64,000 nucleotides of DNA from Tubiluchus corallicola (GCA_030141605.1 JAQGDQ010000846.1:24407-88406), one strand, 5' to 3'; counted from the stretch's first letter, positions 43,201-56,400 are shown. Numbers and translations are program-made. Notes: generated by a model not told the origin, from the letters alone.

Positions 43201-46200
43201 GCTGCTGCTGCAGATAATTTTTAGATATTGTTTTAAGCTCTGTGGAAAATGAAACAAACATATGCAATTTTAATGTTGTAATTTGTAATTTTAAACAAGC
43301 AAACGTACGAACATTTTTACATAAACTTGATAAAACCCTAAACAAAAATGATTATTTGCTTACGAATAGCCTAAATTGTCTCAGTTCAAGAATGTGCCGG
43401 TGCACGGCTTTTAAACCCGTGACAACTGACAACACACACTGTGTGAATGGCAGCACTTTTTCTACCTAATGTGCACTGTCTTATCTCAGACTTGTGCGCA
43501 TGGCCGCATGTGCACAACAGCCAAGTACCACGTTGCTGGAGCGCAGTTTTTGTAAATTGTCGCAGTTTAAAAATATGCCGGTACATGGTTTTTAAGCTCG
43601 TGACAACTGACAACAAACTGTGTGAGAGACAATACTTTCTCTACCTAGCAGCATGTGCACAACAGCCAAACACACCACTGTGCTGAGCTGTAGAGCAAAA
43701 AGTACTACCCTCACAGACTCTGGTTCCACACAAGTATAAAAAAAAAGTAAAGAAAAAAGACATATTGAATTAAATATTGTCCATAATATTGAATGAATAT
43801 AGGGGGTGCTGCAGTTCCACAGTACCTCTACACAAGCCACCACTGGTCAGATTGATGGTTTTGCACAGTAGTTTGAGTAGGGTGAGTGTTGAATTTAATG
43901 TGTCTAACAATATTCTGTTTCATTTTTCAGAATAGAAGACTTAACGGCTCGATACTTGACAGCCAACACCCTGGTAATGCAAATTCTACTAAACTGTAGC
44001 TAAGAATAAATGCTATTGATAAGAAAATAGGAACAGTGAAGTAAAAATGCGACTTTGCAATCTGTTGTGTTTCGTTTCTCTCAGAAGGCTCGTAGAGAAA
44101 CCAGAAAACACGTCATCAAATTAAACTAGTTTATTAAGCAAGAATTCTACAACACAAAAGTATGAAAGAACGCGAAATGATTACGTAAACGTGAAAATCT
44201 GGAAAAAGTTTGAGTGTATCTGAAAATACAAGTATACAAGAGAATGTGTAAGTGACGTCCGTGTGAATCTGTGTGCTCCCCTCTCAGAGGCCTGTTTCCC
44301 CTTATATAGCGTGCCCAAGAAGCTTCCAGAAGTTTTGTTCCAGACCATCCACATGGTAAGACGATCATTCCAACGGAACATTCTACAATGTTCCATGTAA
44401 TTCTAATAGATGCCAGCGATCTCCACAACACAATCCACCACTGCAGACTATGTTCAAGTGAACAAGAAAAAAAATGCTAGCAATCACTAAAGAATATTTC
44501 TTATTTTGTCGTATAATCAAGAAAATGTAAAGGTTGTGTTAATCTTTGTTGTGGAGATTGCTGGCATCTACTAGAATTAAATAGAACTAGCAAAGGCTCC
44601 GCAGAAAATTTTGCGTATAAGTACACTCATAATCAAAAATATGCGAACATCCTACCTAGTGTTCATTTACTTACCTAACGCAAAGTCAGCAGCAGCAGCT
44701 TTTACTGAATTAAAGTTATAAGATTCTAGACAGAGTATAATGGATGACGTCAGAACAATGGCTTTGCGTCTGCAGTTTTCTAAGCGAAAATTGCCAAAAA
44801 TAGAACATCTAATTAACTCGTCGGTACTCCTCTTGGTGGAAGTGTCCTAACATATAACCCACATCATCGTGTAGCCCTGTTCTTTCTCTTTCTAGAGAGC
44901 TATATATCTCCTTCCGAGAGTCCCACCAGGTGCCGAAAAATGGCCCCCTGTTCGTCCCGGTGGGCCCGATTCAAAATATAAACCCCCAATGGCACGACAC
45001 TAGATCGAGACCTTTCGTTTGATGTATAGATCGCCGCAAATGGCACTGTCGTCCGAGCTGTAGCCTCGAATCTTATATATATAAATATATATACCAGTAG
45101 AATTAATATATATGATATTGTAGAATGTTCATGTTCCATTGTGCAATAGAACAATCGTTTTGCCTTGTTTCCTGGCACTGATATATAAGGCGAAGCTGGC
45201 CGCTGAAGTTCGTGCGCACACATTCTCGGATTCTCTCACAGTCTCTTGTATTCTCGTATCCTCAGATACGCTCAAATGTCTTCCAGATTAACACGTTTCC
45301 TGTAAACATTTCGCGTTCCTTCGTACTTTTGTGTTGTAGAATTCTCCCATGATAAACTAGTTTAATTTGATGAAGTGTTTTCTGGTTTTCTCTACGAGCC
45401 TTCCGAGAGAAACAAAACACAACAGTTTTACTGATCGTTTGTGTGTCTTTGTCAGAAGGCAGTCCAGTTGTCGTATTGGTGAATTCTTGTTGGAATTTAG
45501 TCGATACAAAGTTTTTTGCCAATGTTAGAGGATTGAAACTTAGAAAATTCAAACTTGACGAGTATTTGGGCAGTTGCTTTCAGACTGGACGTTATTGGCC
45601 AGTCTGTACTAGACTGGTTTTAGGAGCCATTTAGCAACTAATTTCATACAAAACATATTTTTCTTGATTTTTTTTGAAAGGTGGATTGCAAATGATCATT
45701 TGTTTAAGGATGAAAATGCAATAAAGACTTTTTGATGAATCGCATTAATCGCTTCTTACTGTTTAAAGCAAAACCGGACCCAATCTTAAACTGTAGCTCA
45801 AAACAATCTACTCTTTAAAATATTGAAAGGAAACATAGTATTTTTTCAAAAATGACTTTCATGAAAGAATTATTACCACACAAACACAATTTCATGTTCG
45901 CGCCACTAGTTCTTCGCTGTTACATGCATTTCGCCATTCGCTAGTTAGTCAAACACTAGACTAGAGTCTATATTTTGAGAGTACATTGCACAAAAGAGAT
46001 GCTGTACCTCTCATTCCAGATGTGTTAGTTTCTGATGAACTACACAGGTTTGACGGCTCATGCATAAGCGCAATGGTAAATTTGAATTTAGAATTTTTAT
46101 CTTAAAACTTGCCTAATTTTAATTCAACACACTGAATATCTTACAGCAGCACTGTACTTCAATTTTCGCTTTCACAAACACGTTCATGGAATATTTTTGC

Positions 46201-47326
46201 TGTTGAAAATTATGTTAGTTTGTGATGTCATCAATAGTTGGGCTTGCCCGCCATTAATTAAGTGTATAATCTGTTATTTGATTATCAGAAACGCTTTTGC
46301 TGTATTAATTGTGTTAATATGAATACTTTTTATCAGATTTGAAAATGGGGTATTATATGAAAAATCATCCTGTTTTTCTTTTAACCATTTAAGAATTTAT
46401 CCTCGCGGAAATACATGTTTGAAGTTTCATAATTGTTCATAATTTGTTTAATTTCAATTTTAGAGATCTCAAATAATCAACTGTCAGGAAAAGATGAAGA
46501 TACTGAAGGAGACAATTGCTCAATCAAAATTAAACAAATCTGCAGGTGTGGATTCAATTTACTCTTGTTTTTTGCATGTTTTGCTATTGCCATTAACATG
46601 CTACAGGTAGATTTTATTACACTGTCTTCATTTTGTGTAACTTGTTTTATATATTTAATATGTTTATATATTATATATATATATACATTATATATATATA
46701 TATATTTAATATGTTTATATATTATATATATATATATTATATATATATATATATATATTATATATTTATATATTTATGTTTTATAACTTGTATATTTTGT
46801 TTCAACTTGTATAACTTTATTTGTATCAATACGTATCATTAACATCATTAGTTTGTTGTTTCTTCGTGTGTTTTTCTGTTACTCAGGGTCCGTCAAAGGT
46901 TGCCTGGTGCGAAGAAGATTCTGCGTGCGTGGTGGTCATCTATCTCTTTTAAATTATCTAGCCTTAAAACAACCGATCAATTTCGTTTTCTTTTTCAGAT
47001 AAGAAAATGCTCGAAAGGCGACTAGAGATTTGCAGTTTGCACAACTCTCGGAGATCTCATTTTAAAGAACGTTCGGAACGACTGAAAGCCAACGTGGGAA
47101 ACCTTCGAGAGAGTTTGACCATTCACCGAGACAAGTTGAAACACGCTCAAGAAAAACTGATGTTACTACGACGAGAACGACTCGACCAACTAACTCAGTA
47201 TATATTTCCAATAGAAGATGTGCAAATTAGGTAAACAATAATAATAATAATAATAGTAATAATAATAACAGTAGTAATTATAATAATAATAGTGATAATA
47301 ATAATAATAGTAATAATAATAATAAC

Positions 47327-47413
<87 letters not shown>

Positions 47414-50400
47414 TAGGGGTGCGCGTTATACACATGTGCAAGTTATACTCGAATAATTGCAGTACTTTGAATTCTAGTGAGGAAGATTTAATGGAAATGA
47501 GCACGGTCAGTGCGTTAGCCGAAGCGCGACACACCGCTTACATTCGAGGTCGTTGGGTTTACTCGGACGCCGGAAGAGAGAAACAGTATCGGATCGTGGA
47601 ACCCACCCTTCCGGGAAGTGGCGATTACTCTTCCTACATTGCGTGGGGTTTGTATTATCTGTTTAGCTATAACTTTTTCAATGTTCTATCAGTATTTTGA
47701 ACTAGTACAAAGCAAGGCAGTCCGTAATACGGTTAAACTCATGATTTTTGATAGCAGTTGTAAATGGTCAAGCATCATAGCAGCTGTAAATAGTCAAAAG
47801 CATATAGCAGTTGTAAATGGTCAAGCATATAGCAGATGTAAATGGTCAAGTATGTAGCAGTTGTGAATGGTCAAGCATGTAGCAGTTGTAAATGGGCAAG
47901 CATGTAGCAGTTGTAAATGGTCAAGCATATAGCAGATGTAAATGGTCAAGCATATAGCAGATGTAAATGGTCAAGCATATAGCAGTTGTAAATGGTCAAG
48001 CATATAGCAGATGTAAGTGGTCAAGCATGTAGCAGTTGTAAATGGTCAAGCATGTAGCAGTTGTAAATGGTCAAGCATGTAGCAGTTGTAAATGGTCAAG
48101 CATATAGCAGATGTAAATGGTCAAGCATATAGCAGATGTAAATGGTCAAGCATATAGCAGTTGTAAATGGTCAAGCATATAGCAGATGTAAGTGGTCAAG
48201 CATGTAGCAGTTGTAAATGGTCAAGCATGTAGCAGTTGTAAATGGTCAAGCATGTAGCAGTTGTAAATGGTCAAGCATATAGCAGATGTAAATGGTCAAG
48301 CATATAGAAGTTGTAAATGGTCAAGCATATAGCAATTGTAAATGGTCAAGCATATAGCAGTTGTAAATGGTCAAGCATGTAGCAGATGTAAATGGTCAAG
48401 CATATAGCAGATGTAAATGGTCAAGCATATAGCAGATGTAAATGGTCAAGCATCATGCATTTACAATTATCGGTCTGACACAAACCTTGTTTTCTGTATA
48501 GTGCAAAGTAATAGTTTAGTTTATTTTGTGGATACAGTAAACAACGTTTAACTCTTTATTCTTGCGTATGTCGAACAGATTTCATGGAAAGCGATTTTTC
48601 CTAACCCCAAGCCTTTCATTTTTCTCTTCACTAAACATCGGGTAACTCAAACTGAATTCCCAGTGTAATTTATAAGAATCTGACTGAAATTACCTCACCT
48701 ATCTCACAACTGCCTAAGCAAAAAGTCCTTGGCGAAAGTTTGCACCACATTACGACTTGAACTGCTAGTCTCAGCAAAAATGCTAAGATTTCTTGTATTA
48801 CCTTAGCAGAACACTGCACACAACATGGTTTAACACGATTTGGAAAAACGAGAAGTTAGAGGTGTGTATAAGACCAAGAGACGTTTGAGTTTTTTAACGC
48901 ATTATTATGTTTTCACAAGGAATTCATAGTTATTGTTAAACAAAAGAGACTTAGAAATGAAATAACTTACCTTTTGCTTGAGAGTTTTAAACGCATGCAT
49001 TGCCATAAAGATCGCCATGTTTCTCGTCTTTAGTGCTAGTGAGCGAGAATGACGTACGAGGTACAGAAACCGTCTTTGGTTACCGATCTTTTGTGACCTC
49101 GTGACTGTACTCATTATGTTATTCGCCTCGCGCAAATTCTTCAAATTGGTTCTTCAAGTTTCATACCGCAAACAACGAAGTGATAAAAAATCAAAAGAAA
49201 CAAGTTTTACAGTAAGTTTATGACAAAATAAATTGAATATTCGTAATGAGAGTAAAATTTTAAGTTGTTAAAGCTTATATTATAGTTAGGCTTATGGATG
49301 CCAGCTAGAAGTTATGGAGGCCAGCTAGAAGCTATGCATCCTCCTCGTGAGGGTTTAGTTTGAGTTTAACAGTGATGATTCAGTAGACGAACTATGATTT
49401 AATGCGAAACATTTTTGCATATGGTGTTAATTAATTAATTTATTTTTAGCTTCTGAAAGTAAACAAGTTCAGAGTCCGGACGCAGAAGTAAGTTTGACAA
49501 ATCCCATGTATGCTATTGGTGCCGGCTTGTCGTATACTAGTCAATTTGTGCAGGTTTTGGCTTATTACCTGGATGTTGTACTACCTAAAAAACTGTGTTA
49601 TAGGTGAGTTTTAAGAATTCTCTCTAAAACCAGTCTACAACAGTCTATACTAACTTCAGCCTCTCACAGTTCAACGCAATTTCATATTCTTTGTTTCAAC
49701 CACCAGAGTGAACCAGTCTACAACAGTCTATACTAAATTCAGTCTTTCATAGTTCAACACAATTTCATATTCTTTGTTTCAACCACCAGAGTGAACCAGT
49801 CTACAACAGTCTATACTAACTTCAGTCTTTCACAGTTCAACACAATTTCATATTCTTTGTTTCAACCACCAGAGTGAACCAGTCTACAACAGTCTACACT
49901 AACTTCAGTCTCTCACAGTTCAACACAATTTCATATTCTTTGTTTCAACCACCAGAGTGAACCAGTCTACAACAGTCTACACTAACTTCAGCCTCTCACA
50001 GTTCAACACAATTTCATATTCTTTGTTTCAACCACCAGAGTGAACCAGTCTACAACAGTCTACACTAACTTCAGTCATTCACAGTTCAACACAATTTCAT
50101 ATGCTTTGTTTCAACCACCAGAGTGAATCAGTCTACAACAGTCTATACTAACTTCAGTCTTTCACAGTTCAACACAATTTCATATTCTTTGTTTCAACCA
50201 CCAGAGTGAGCCAGTCTACAACAGTCTGCACTAACTTCAGTCTCTCACAGTTCAACACAATTTCATATTCTTTGTTTCAACAATCAGAGTGAGCCAGTCT
50301 ACAACAGTCTACACTAACTTCAGTCTCTCACAGTTCAACACAATTTCATATTCTTTGTTTCAACAATCAGAGTGAACCAGTCTACAACAGTCTGCACTAA

Positions 50401-51982
50401 CTTCAGTCTCTCACAGTTCAACACAATTTCATATTCTTTGTTTCAACAATCAGAGTGAACCAGTCTACAACAGTCTACACTAACCTCAGTCTCTCACAGT
50501 TCAACACAATTTCATATTCTTTGTTTCAACCACCAGGGTGAACCAGTCTACAACAGTCTATACTAACTTCAATCTTTCACAGTTGAACACAATTTCATAT
50601 TCTTTGTTTCAACCACCAGAGTGAACCAGTCTACAACAGTCTATACTAACTTCAATCTTTCACAGTTGAACACAATTTCATATTCTTTGTTTCAACCACC
50701 AGAGTGAACCAGTCTACAACAGTCTACACTAACTTCAGTCTTTCACAGTTCAACACAATTTCATATTCTTTGTTTCAACCACCAGAGTGAACCAGTCTAC
50801 AACAGTCTACACTAACTTCAGTCTTTCACAGTTCAACACAATTTCATATTCTTTGTTTCAACCACCAGAGTGAACCAGTCTACAACAGTCTACACTAACT
50901 TCAGTCTCTCACAGTTCAACACAATTTCATATTCTTTGTTTCAACCACCAGAGAGAACCAGTCTACAACAGTCTACACTAACTTCAGTCTTTCACAGTTC
51001 AACACAATTTCATATTCTTTGTTTCAACCACCAGAGTGAGCCAGTCTGCACTAACTTCCGTCTTTCACAGTTCAACACAATTTCATATTCTTTGTTTCAA
51101 CCACCTGAGTGAACCAGTCTACAACAGTCTACACTAACTTCAGCCTCTCACAGTTCAACACAATTTCATATTCTTTGTTTCAACCACCAGAGTGAACCAG
51201 TCTACAACAGTCTACACTAACTTCAGTCTCTCACAGTTCAACACAATTTCATATTCTTTGTTTCAACCACCAGAGAGAACCAGTCTACAACAGTCTACAC
51301 TAACTTCAGTCTTTCACAGTTCAACACAATTTCATATTCTTTGTTTCAACCACCAGAGTGAACCAGTCTACAACAGTCTACACTAACTTCAGCCTCTCAC
51401 AGTTCAACACAATTTCATATTCTTTGTTTCAACCACCAGAGTGAACCAGTCTACAACAGTCTACACTAACTTCAGTCTCTCACAGTTCAACACAATTTCA
51501 TATTCTTTGTTTCAACCACCAGAGAGAACCAGTCTACAACAGTCAACACTAACTTCACCTAACATACTTCAAGCTCTCTACAAATTCAATATTTCTTTGT
51601 TATCAGTTAGTTAACTCTTTGCTAAAGGTTTCCGCAGTTCAAGTTATCTTTAATTTATCTTGATTTCTTTATATACAGTGAATTTTGTGGAAGTGAGCTG
51701 AGCGAAGCTACCTTCCTACGAGCCATCGCTAAACTAAACACAAATGTATTGCACCTGTGTTTCTCTCAGCATGTTAATGTAGAAGAATTACAACCAAAGG
51801 AAACGATTCGTAACTTACTTCTCTGTCTTAACCAACAAAGCAGCACTTTGGGAAGGTGAGTGCTAATAATTTAATTAACAGAAACAGCATTAATATTTTT
51901 GAAGCAGAAATCATTGATATTGGAATTACTCTTATGAATAATAATAATAATAATAATAATGATGATGATGATGATGATGATG

Positions 51983-52039
<57 letters not shown>

Positions 52040-52379
52040 GTAATAGTAATAGTAATAATAATAGTAATAGTAATAGTAATAGTAATAGTAATAGTAATAG
52101 TAATAGTAATAGTAATAATAGTAATAGTAATAGTAATAGTAATAATAGTAATAGTAATAGTAATAGTAATAGTAATAGTAATAGTAATAATAGTAATAGT
52201 AATAGTAATAGTAATAGTAATAGTAATAGTAATAGTAATAGTAATAGTAATAGTAATAATAGTAATAGTAATAGTAATAGTAATAGTAATAGTAATAGTA
52301 ATAGTAATAGTAATATTAATAGTAATAGTAATAGTAATAGTAATAATAGTAATAGTAATAGTAATAATAATAATAATAA

Positions 52380-52414
<35 letters not shown>

Positions 52415-53673
52415 ATGATGATGATGATGATGATGATAAAGACGACAACAACAACAGCAAGTACAACAACAACAGCAACAACAACAACAACAACTGCAAG
52501 TACAACAACAACAACAGCAAGTACAACAACAATAAGAATGTTATTAATAACAAAGATAATAATAATATCGTTTCGAACACAGCCCGCGTATAACACCTAG
52601 AGTGACTTAATGCTTATTTCCAAAGTGGTCCCGATTATTATTACCCTCGTGTTATTTCTATAAACTTGTGTGTTTGATCGAAAAATCAGCGGTAGTATTT
52701 TTTGTCATTCAACAATCATAGTAACATTTGAATACGTTTCGTCAGGCGACAATCATCGTTTTTTTCCAAAAATCTTTGAATTTACTCAAAAATATTCGAA
52801 TTTTGTCCACGACGCTTTTTCAGCTTACTATGTTAATGGTGATAAAATTACGTGGTTCCTGCAGTATCCCGGAATCAGATGGAGCAGCAGTGGCTCGTAG
52901 TTAAGATTACTGAGGGTGCTGTTTCAGAAAATTTTTATTTAGCCATTATTTTAATATTGTGTAAAAAGTCAAAAAGAAACAGTAGGTTACACTTGCACAA
53001 CAGGGTCGGCACTGCATGAGTGACAGTACTTTCTCTACCTAGTGTGCAAATTCTTATCTTGCACATGTGCGCATAGCCGGAACAGCCAATCACCGCGTTG
53101 CTGGTACTGTGAAGAGCACATTTCCATCACGTGCTCCGGTTCTGTGCAAGAATTCACCAGTATAAAGGAAGAATTAAAGGAAAAATACTCATTATATTGA
53201 ATATTATAGATAATATCTAGTTAAAATAGGGGGTGCTGCAGTTCCACACAAGCTGCATCTTTATATTAGTTGTGTTTTGCCAACTCTGACCATCACTAGA
53301 TTTACAGCTAAATATGCCATTTCTCTAACTGTATTGTAGAACTGGTGCATTTGAAGTCAGCCTGGATCTAATACATTCTCTTGAAGAGCAATGTACGGGC
53401 GAAACAAGCGATGATGATGATGATGACGACGACAGCGAATTGGCCGCTGACTGGGAAAACATTCCCCAGCTTCCCTACACGGAAATACCAATTCCCACGA
53501 AAGGCAGCGACAGCCGGCTGACCAGCGTCCAGACGCACTCTCGTCCGATGATGTCAATGGAAACGACTACGACAAGTATGGCTGCCGGACTCATGTCTAC
53601 GGCTGCTGCTAGTGTGGCTTCTCTTTGGCCATGGAGGACTAGAACAAAGGACAGTTCAGAGAAAAAATCCTGA
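40086..53673 (+). CDS. ATG14: Beclin 1-associated autophagy-related key regulator (ATG14/Barkor); whole gene, 9 exons, 485 aa
   Basis: Exons 40086-40288, 41775-41837, 43931-43973, 46464-46545, 46999-47230, 47478-47647, 49450-49603, 51679-51855, 53340-53673 total 1458 nt in an open frame. N-terminal CxxC..CxxC (CRLC..CKFC..SGDF), coiled coil, YIFPIE, LAEAR..Y..GRWV, LP.SGDYS.Y, LDV.LPKKLC.SEFCG, LN.NVLHLCFSQHV, LIR-like DWENI after an acidic run, BATS helix GLMSTAAASVASLW. Confidence 0.93.
41775..41837 (+). CDS. ATG14: ATG14 exon 2 (FCEKLQRLNQDKNERFKLIA)
   Basis: ATGTAG / AG|GTAATA, 63 nt, phase 2-2. Confidence 0.85.
41968..42920 (+). mobile_element. MITE family L, long copy with an internal 78-bp duplication
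   Basis: CACTCATGTCTCGGTTTGCCGGA ... TCCGGCAAACCGAGATATGAGCG. Confidence 0.75.
43168..43845 (-). mobile_element. hAT-like MITE family D copy
   Basis: Colinear with 29816-30507; flanks GTGAGATC/GTCAGATT; a diverged relative lies at 52888-53257. Confidence 0.88.
43931..43973 (+). CDS. ATG14: ATG14 exon 3 (IEDLTARYLTANTL)
   Basis: TTTTTCAG / CTG|GTAATG, 43 nt, phase 2-0. Confidence 0.8.
44062..45425. mobile_element. Long-TIR element with a nested family I insertion (44613-45110)
   Basis: Inverted arms of about 70 bp at 44062-44132 and 45354-45425. Confidence 0.7.
45763..46316 (+). mobile_element. Family J (TTAA-AGC end, Kolobok-like); inverted copy at 58875-59432
   Basis: About 550 bp of reverse-complement homology between the two loci. 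Confidence 0.7.
46464..46545 (+). CDS. ATG14: ATG14 exon 4 (RSQIINCQEKMKILKETI...)
   Basis: TTTTAG / G|GTGTGG, 82 nt, phase 0-1; coiled coil. Confidence 0.85.
46648..46780. repeat. (TA)n low-complexity repeat
   Basis: Direct inspection. Confidence 0.9.
46999..47230 (+). CDS. ATG14: ATG14 exon 5 (coiled coil ...QLTQYIFPIEDVQI)
   Basis: TTTTTCAG / AG|GTAAAC. Confidence 0.9.
47237..47413. repeat. (TAA)n microsatellite filling most of ATG14 intron 5
   Basis: Direct inspection. Confidence 0.97.
47478..47647 (+). CDS. ATG14: ATG14 exon 6 (..ALAEARHTAYIRGRWV..LPGSGDYSSYIAW)
   Basis: TTCTAG acceptor (in-frame alternative CAG 15 nt upstream), G|GTTTGT donor. Confidence 0.88.
47751..48453. repeat. 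25-bp minisatellite, about 28 copies
   Basis: Unit TAGCAGWTGTAAATGGTCAAGCATR. Confidence 0.97.
49450..49603 (+). CDS. ATG14: ATG14 exon 7 (..NPMYAIGAGLSYTSQ..LDVVLPKKLCY)
   Basis: TTTTTAG / AG|GTGAGT. Confidence 0.92.
49628..51557. repeat. 83-bp minisatellite, about 23 copies, filling ATG14 intron 7
   Basis: Units start at 49628, 49711, 49794 and so on; one unit near 51040 lacks 11 bp. Confidence 0.97.
51679..51855 (+). CDS. ATG14: ATG14 exon 8 (EFCGSELS..LNTNVLHLCFSQHV..TLG)
   Basis: ATACAG / AG|GTGAGT. Confidence 0.92.
51938..52566. repeat. Compound trinucleotide microsatellite (AAT, GAT, AATAGT, AGT, AAC)
   Basis: Direct inspection; source of the spurious poly-N/I/L ORFs. Confidence 0.97.
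53340..53673 (+). CDS. ATG14: ATG14 terminal exon (LIR-like DWENI, BATS helix)
   Basis: TTGTAG acceptor preceded by CTAAC; TGA at 53671-53673. Confidence 0.92.
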
Positions 53674-53687
53674 GATAGTCGCTATTC

Positions 53688-54035
53688 GGGGTGAGCACCG
53701 AACGTTAGATTCGAGTAATTCAGCGCTTCAAACCACATAGGTTATTTATCATTAAAATGTTTGAAACATCATACGATTAGCATAATTTAGCTGTCATTTC
53801 TGCGCACAATTTTTCAACAGATTATTCGTGGTTTTACTTCAGAAGAAAATCGAGCAATATGCACGATCTTTGTAAGACCGATTTTTACTGGTGGTTCGAA
53901 AACTTGTTCGAAAATCTTTCAATCCCAACTGGAATTCAATTCGATTTCGAAATAGTGAAGTGCATTTCGATTCGAATTCTAAAGTCACAAATTCGATTCA
54001 ATTCGAATTCGCTTTATAGTAGAGAATGCTCTCCC
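53688..54035 (+). mobile_element. MITE family F copy in the ATG14 3' UTR
   Basis: Colinear with 6378-6814. Confidence 0.75.
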
Positions 54036-54135
54036 ATATTTGCTACGTTTAATTTTCAGGAATTCTTTAGCAAATGTCCATTCAGCGCAGTTTTCCGTGC
54101 TTTGTTATTTGTAGAATAGTTACGCCTATTTGTAG

Positions 54136-55467
54136 TTAACTCCTTCAGGACCACACCATTCAAACTAGGTCTTATAAGATCTAAAAAAATATAATATAAT
54201 AACAATATGATATTTACAAGTATGTACACAATTTAAATTTAAATAACGTAAGTTCATATTACAATTTACATATATACAACATACAACATCATAAAAACAA
54301 AAAACCACTACAAACAAATCACACACAAACTTAGATAAACATGAAAATTACAATAATAGTCTCCACCATTGCTGTCTTATGTGCGATGTAAATTTAGCAT
54401 CGCTTACTAAAATTTTCTGGCATTTATGTAAGAAATACACAAACGCAAGTGATTAACGGTACCACAAATGACTGATCACATTATATTTACATGTAAACAA
54501 AATTTGAGCACTTTCAAAAATTTAACATTAGTAAATATAAAATCTAAAAAAATATAATATAATAACAATATGATATTTACAAGTATGTCCACAATATAAA
54601 TTACTCAGGATAATCTCAAAGATGGCGCCACCTCTGACAAGCCATTGTTTATACGTGACACCTAGTCATACCAGTTCAACAGGTCACCTGTGACCTGTGG
54701 TCATTAAAACTGTTCTCACATGCAATATAAACTCCATGATTAAACCTAGAAACGACAATTCCTTCAGATTGCACCATTCAAAATGCATTCTGTAAGATCT
54801 ATGACTTTCCTCTACTGTATGGACACAGACATAACTAAATGATTACAAATTAGGTACTGTTCTATTTAGGAGAATTTTGACCATCCAATTATACTATTTC
54901 TTCAAACATTTAATTGGATAAAATTTAGAAAAAGACTCCCTTTTCAGGCACTCGAACTTAGTCTATTGAGTAGCTTAGTCTGGTGTACACTTGCATGATC
55001 GTACACACCATTTTATTGACCACAGGCCAAGAGAACCACCTATACTGTACAGAGTTTCAGGAAAAACCAACTAATCAGCCAAGGATAAATGGAGGTTGTT
55101 TCATCTTTCATCAGGAATTTATGCTTAAGAATAGAGTAGACTTGAGGACAGAGTTTATCAGAGTGTTGTGTCTGGATAGTTGAAATTTTCTGCATTAGCT
55201 GATTTCACACAAGTGATACTGTGCATTGTTACACTGCAAATACGTCAGTTACTGAAAGCTTTTTTCAATTTATTTCTCGAAAATTGATTTTTAATTTGTC
55301 TAAGGTAAAGAAATGCATTTCACATATAATTTTGTATGAAAATCCATTGTATGAGGAATAGAAGCATACAAAACTTATCAAATATAACATAATCGTTGCT
55401 TAGCGAGAGTAGTTTTTCATGAACTCATGCAAAATACAGCAGACGTTTAGGGTCCTGAAGGAATTAA
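54136..55467 (+). mobile_element. TTAA-flanked non-autonomous element family G
   Basis: TTAACTCCTTCAGGAC ... GTCCTGAAGGAATTAA; partial copies at 62917-63546 (+) and 63600-64000 (-). Confidence 0.75.
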
Positions 55468-56029
55468 AACAAGAATTTGAAGTATTTTTGTTGCTATGGT
55501 TACCATTTGTTGCTTTAAGATATTCACTGTGAGAATGATTGTTTGATGTCATAATGATGTTTGCCTCTTTTCAGACTTATTATTAAGGCAGTACAACTGT
55601 TATATTATTTTACCTGTGATATTTTCAATGCTAGTTTATTGTGTATGCTTCTCTGTCACAGAACCACACATTGAAATGTTTTAGGCTTTTTTAGTATTTT
55701 AATACTTACCAATAATTAATTCACAATTTTTTACAATCTGCCTTTTTAACATTTTTTGTCTCAAAGCCAGAGGAAATTTTTTATTACATATAATAGTGTT
55801 TGCAATTATTATTTGTCAGTTGTGTTAGATGCATCACAACAATGATTACTGTGATTGTTATTTGTTATATTACAAATTGTAATAAAATTATGGTAGTTTT
55901 TTGAAGTAAATTACTGTTGCTGTCTTGTCTAAATTTTTATGGCTTGTTAGACTCGAAACATGACGTACAACGAAGGAAAACGCTAGTATTGTTTGGCTGT
56001 CTGCTTATTGAGACTTCACAATGGGTTTT

Positions 56030-56400
56030 GAAAACAATAGACTTCCTCTTGAAACCAAAGTTTGGATCCTTTTAACTTTAGTTGGACCTGTGTCTTTGCA
56101 CAATGCTGAACTATGGACAACAAAAGTTAAACAGTAGAAGAAAATTGATGCTTTTCAAAGACATTTCTATAGAAAATTTCTGGGAATTAAATTCCCTGAT
56201 AGAATATCAAATGATGATCTATATGATGTGGTCAAGAAGAATCCTTGGAGTAAACTTATCCAAGTAAGAAGATTGCTTTGGATTGGGCATGCGCTAACAA
56301 TAGCTCAGGAGTCTCTTCTTCCTATAACATTACGTAAAACTCTTGAAACGACAAAAAATCGAGAAGGGCCAGCTACTGACGCATATAGATATACTGCAAA
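56030..56400 (+). mobile_element. Decayed LINE (RTE-like) reverse transcriptase C-terminal fragment
   Basis: Translates as LPLETKV...HNAELWT...*KKIDAFQR...LGIKFPDRISNDDLY...WSKLIQVRRLLWIGHA with an in-frame stop. Confidence 0.8.

Noticed and set aside
51828-52600. Long ORFs of 213-250 aa (poly-L, N/S, I/T, I/V)
   Set aside because: Stop-free frames of a trinucleotide microsatellite inside ATG14 intron 8
53659-53673. ATG14 C-terminal EKKS as an ER-retrieval signal
   Set aside because: Lysines are at -2/-3, not the -3/-4 or -3/-5 required, and ATG14 has no transmembrane segment
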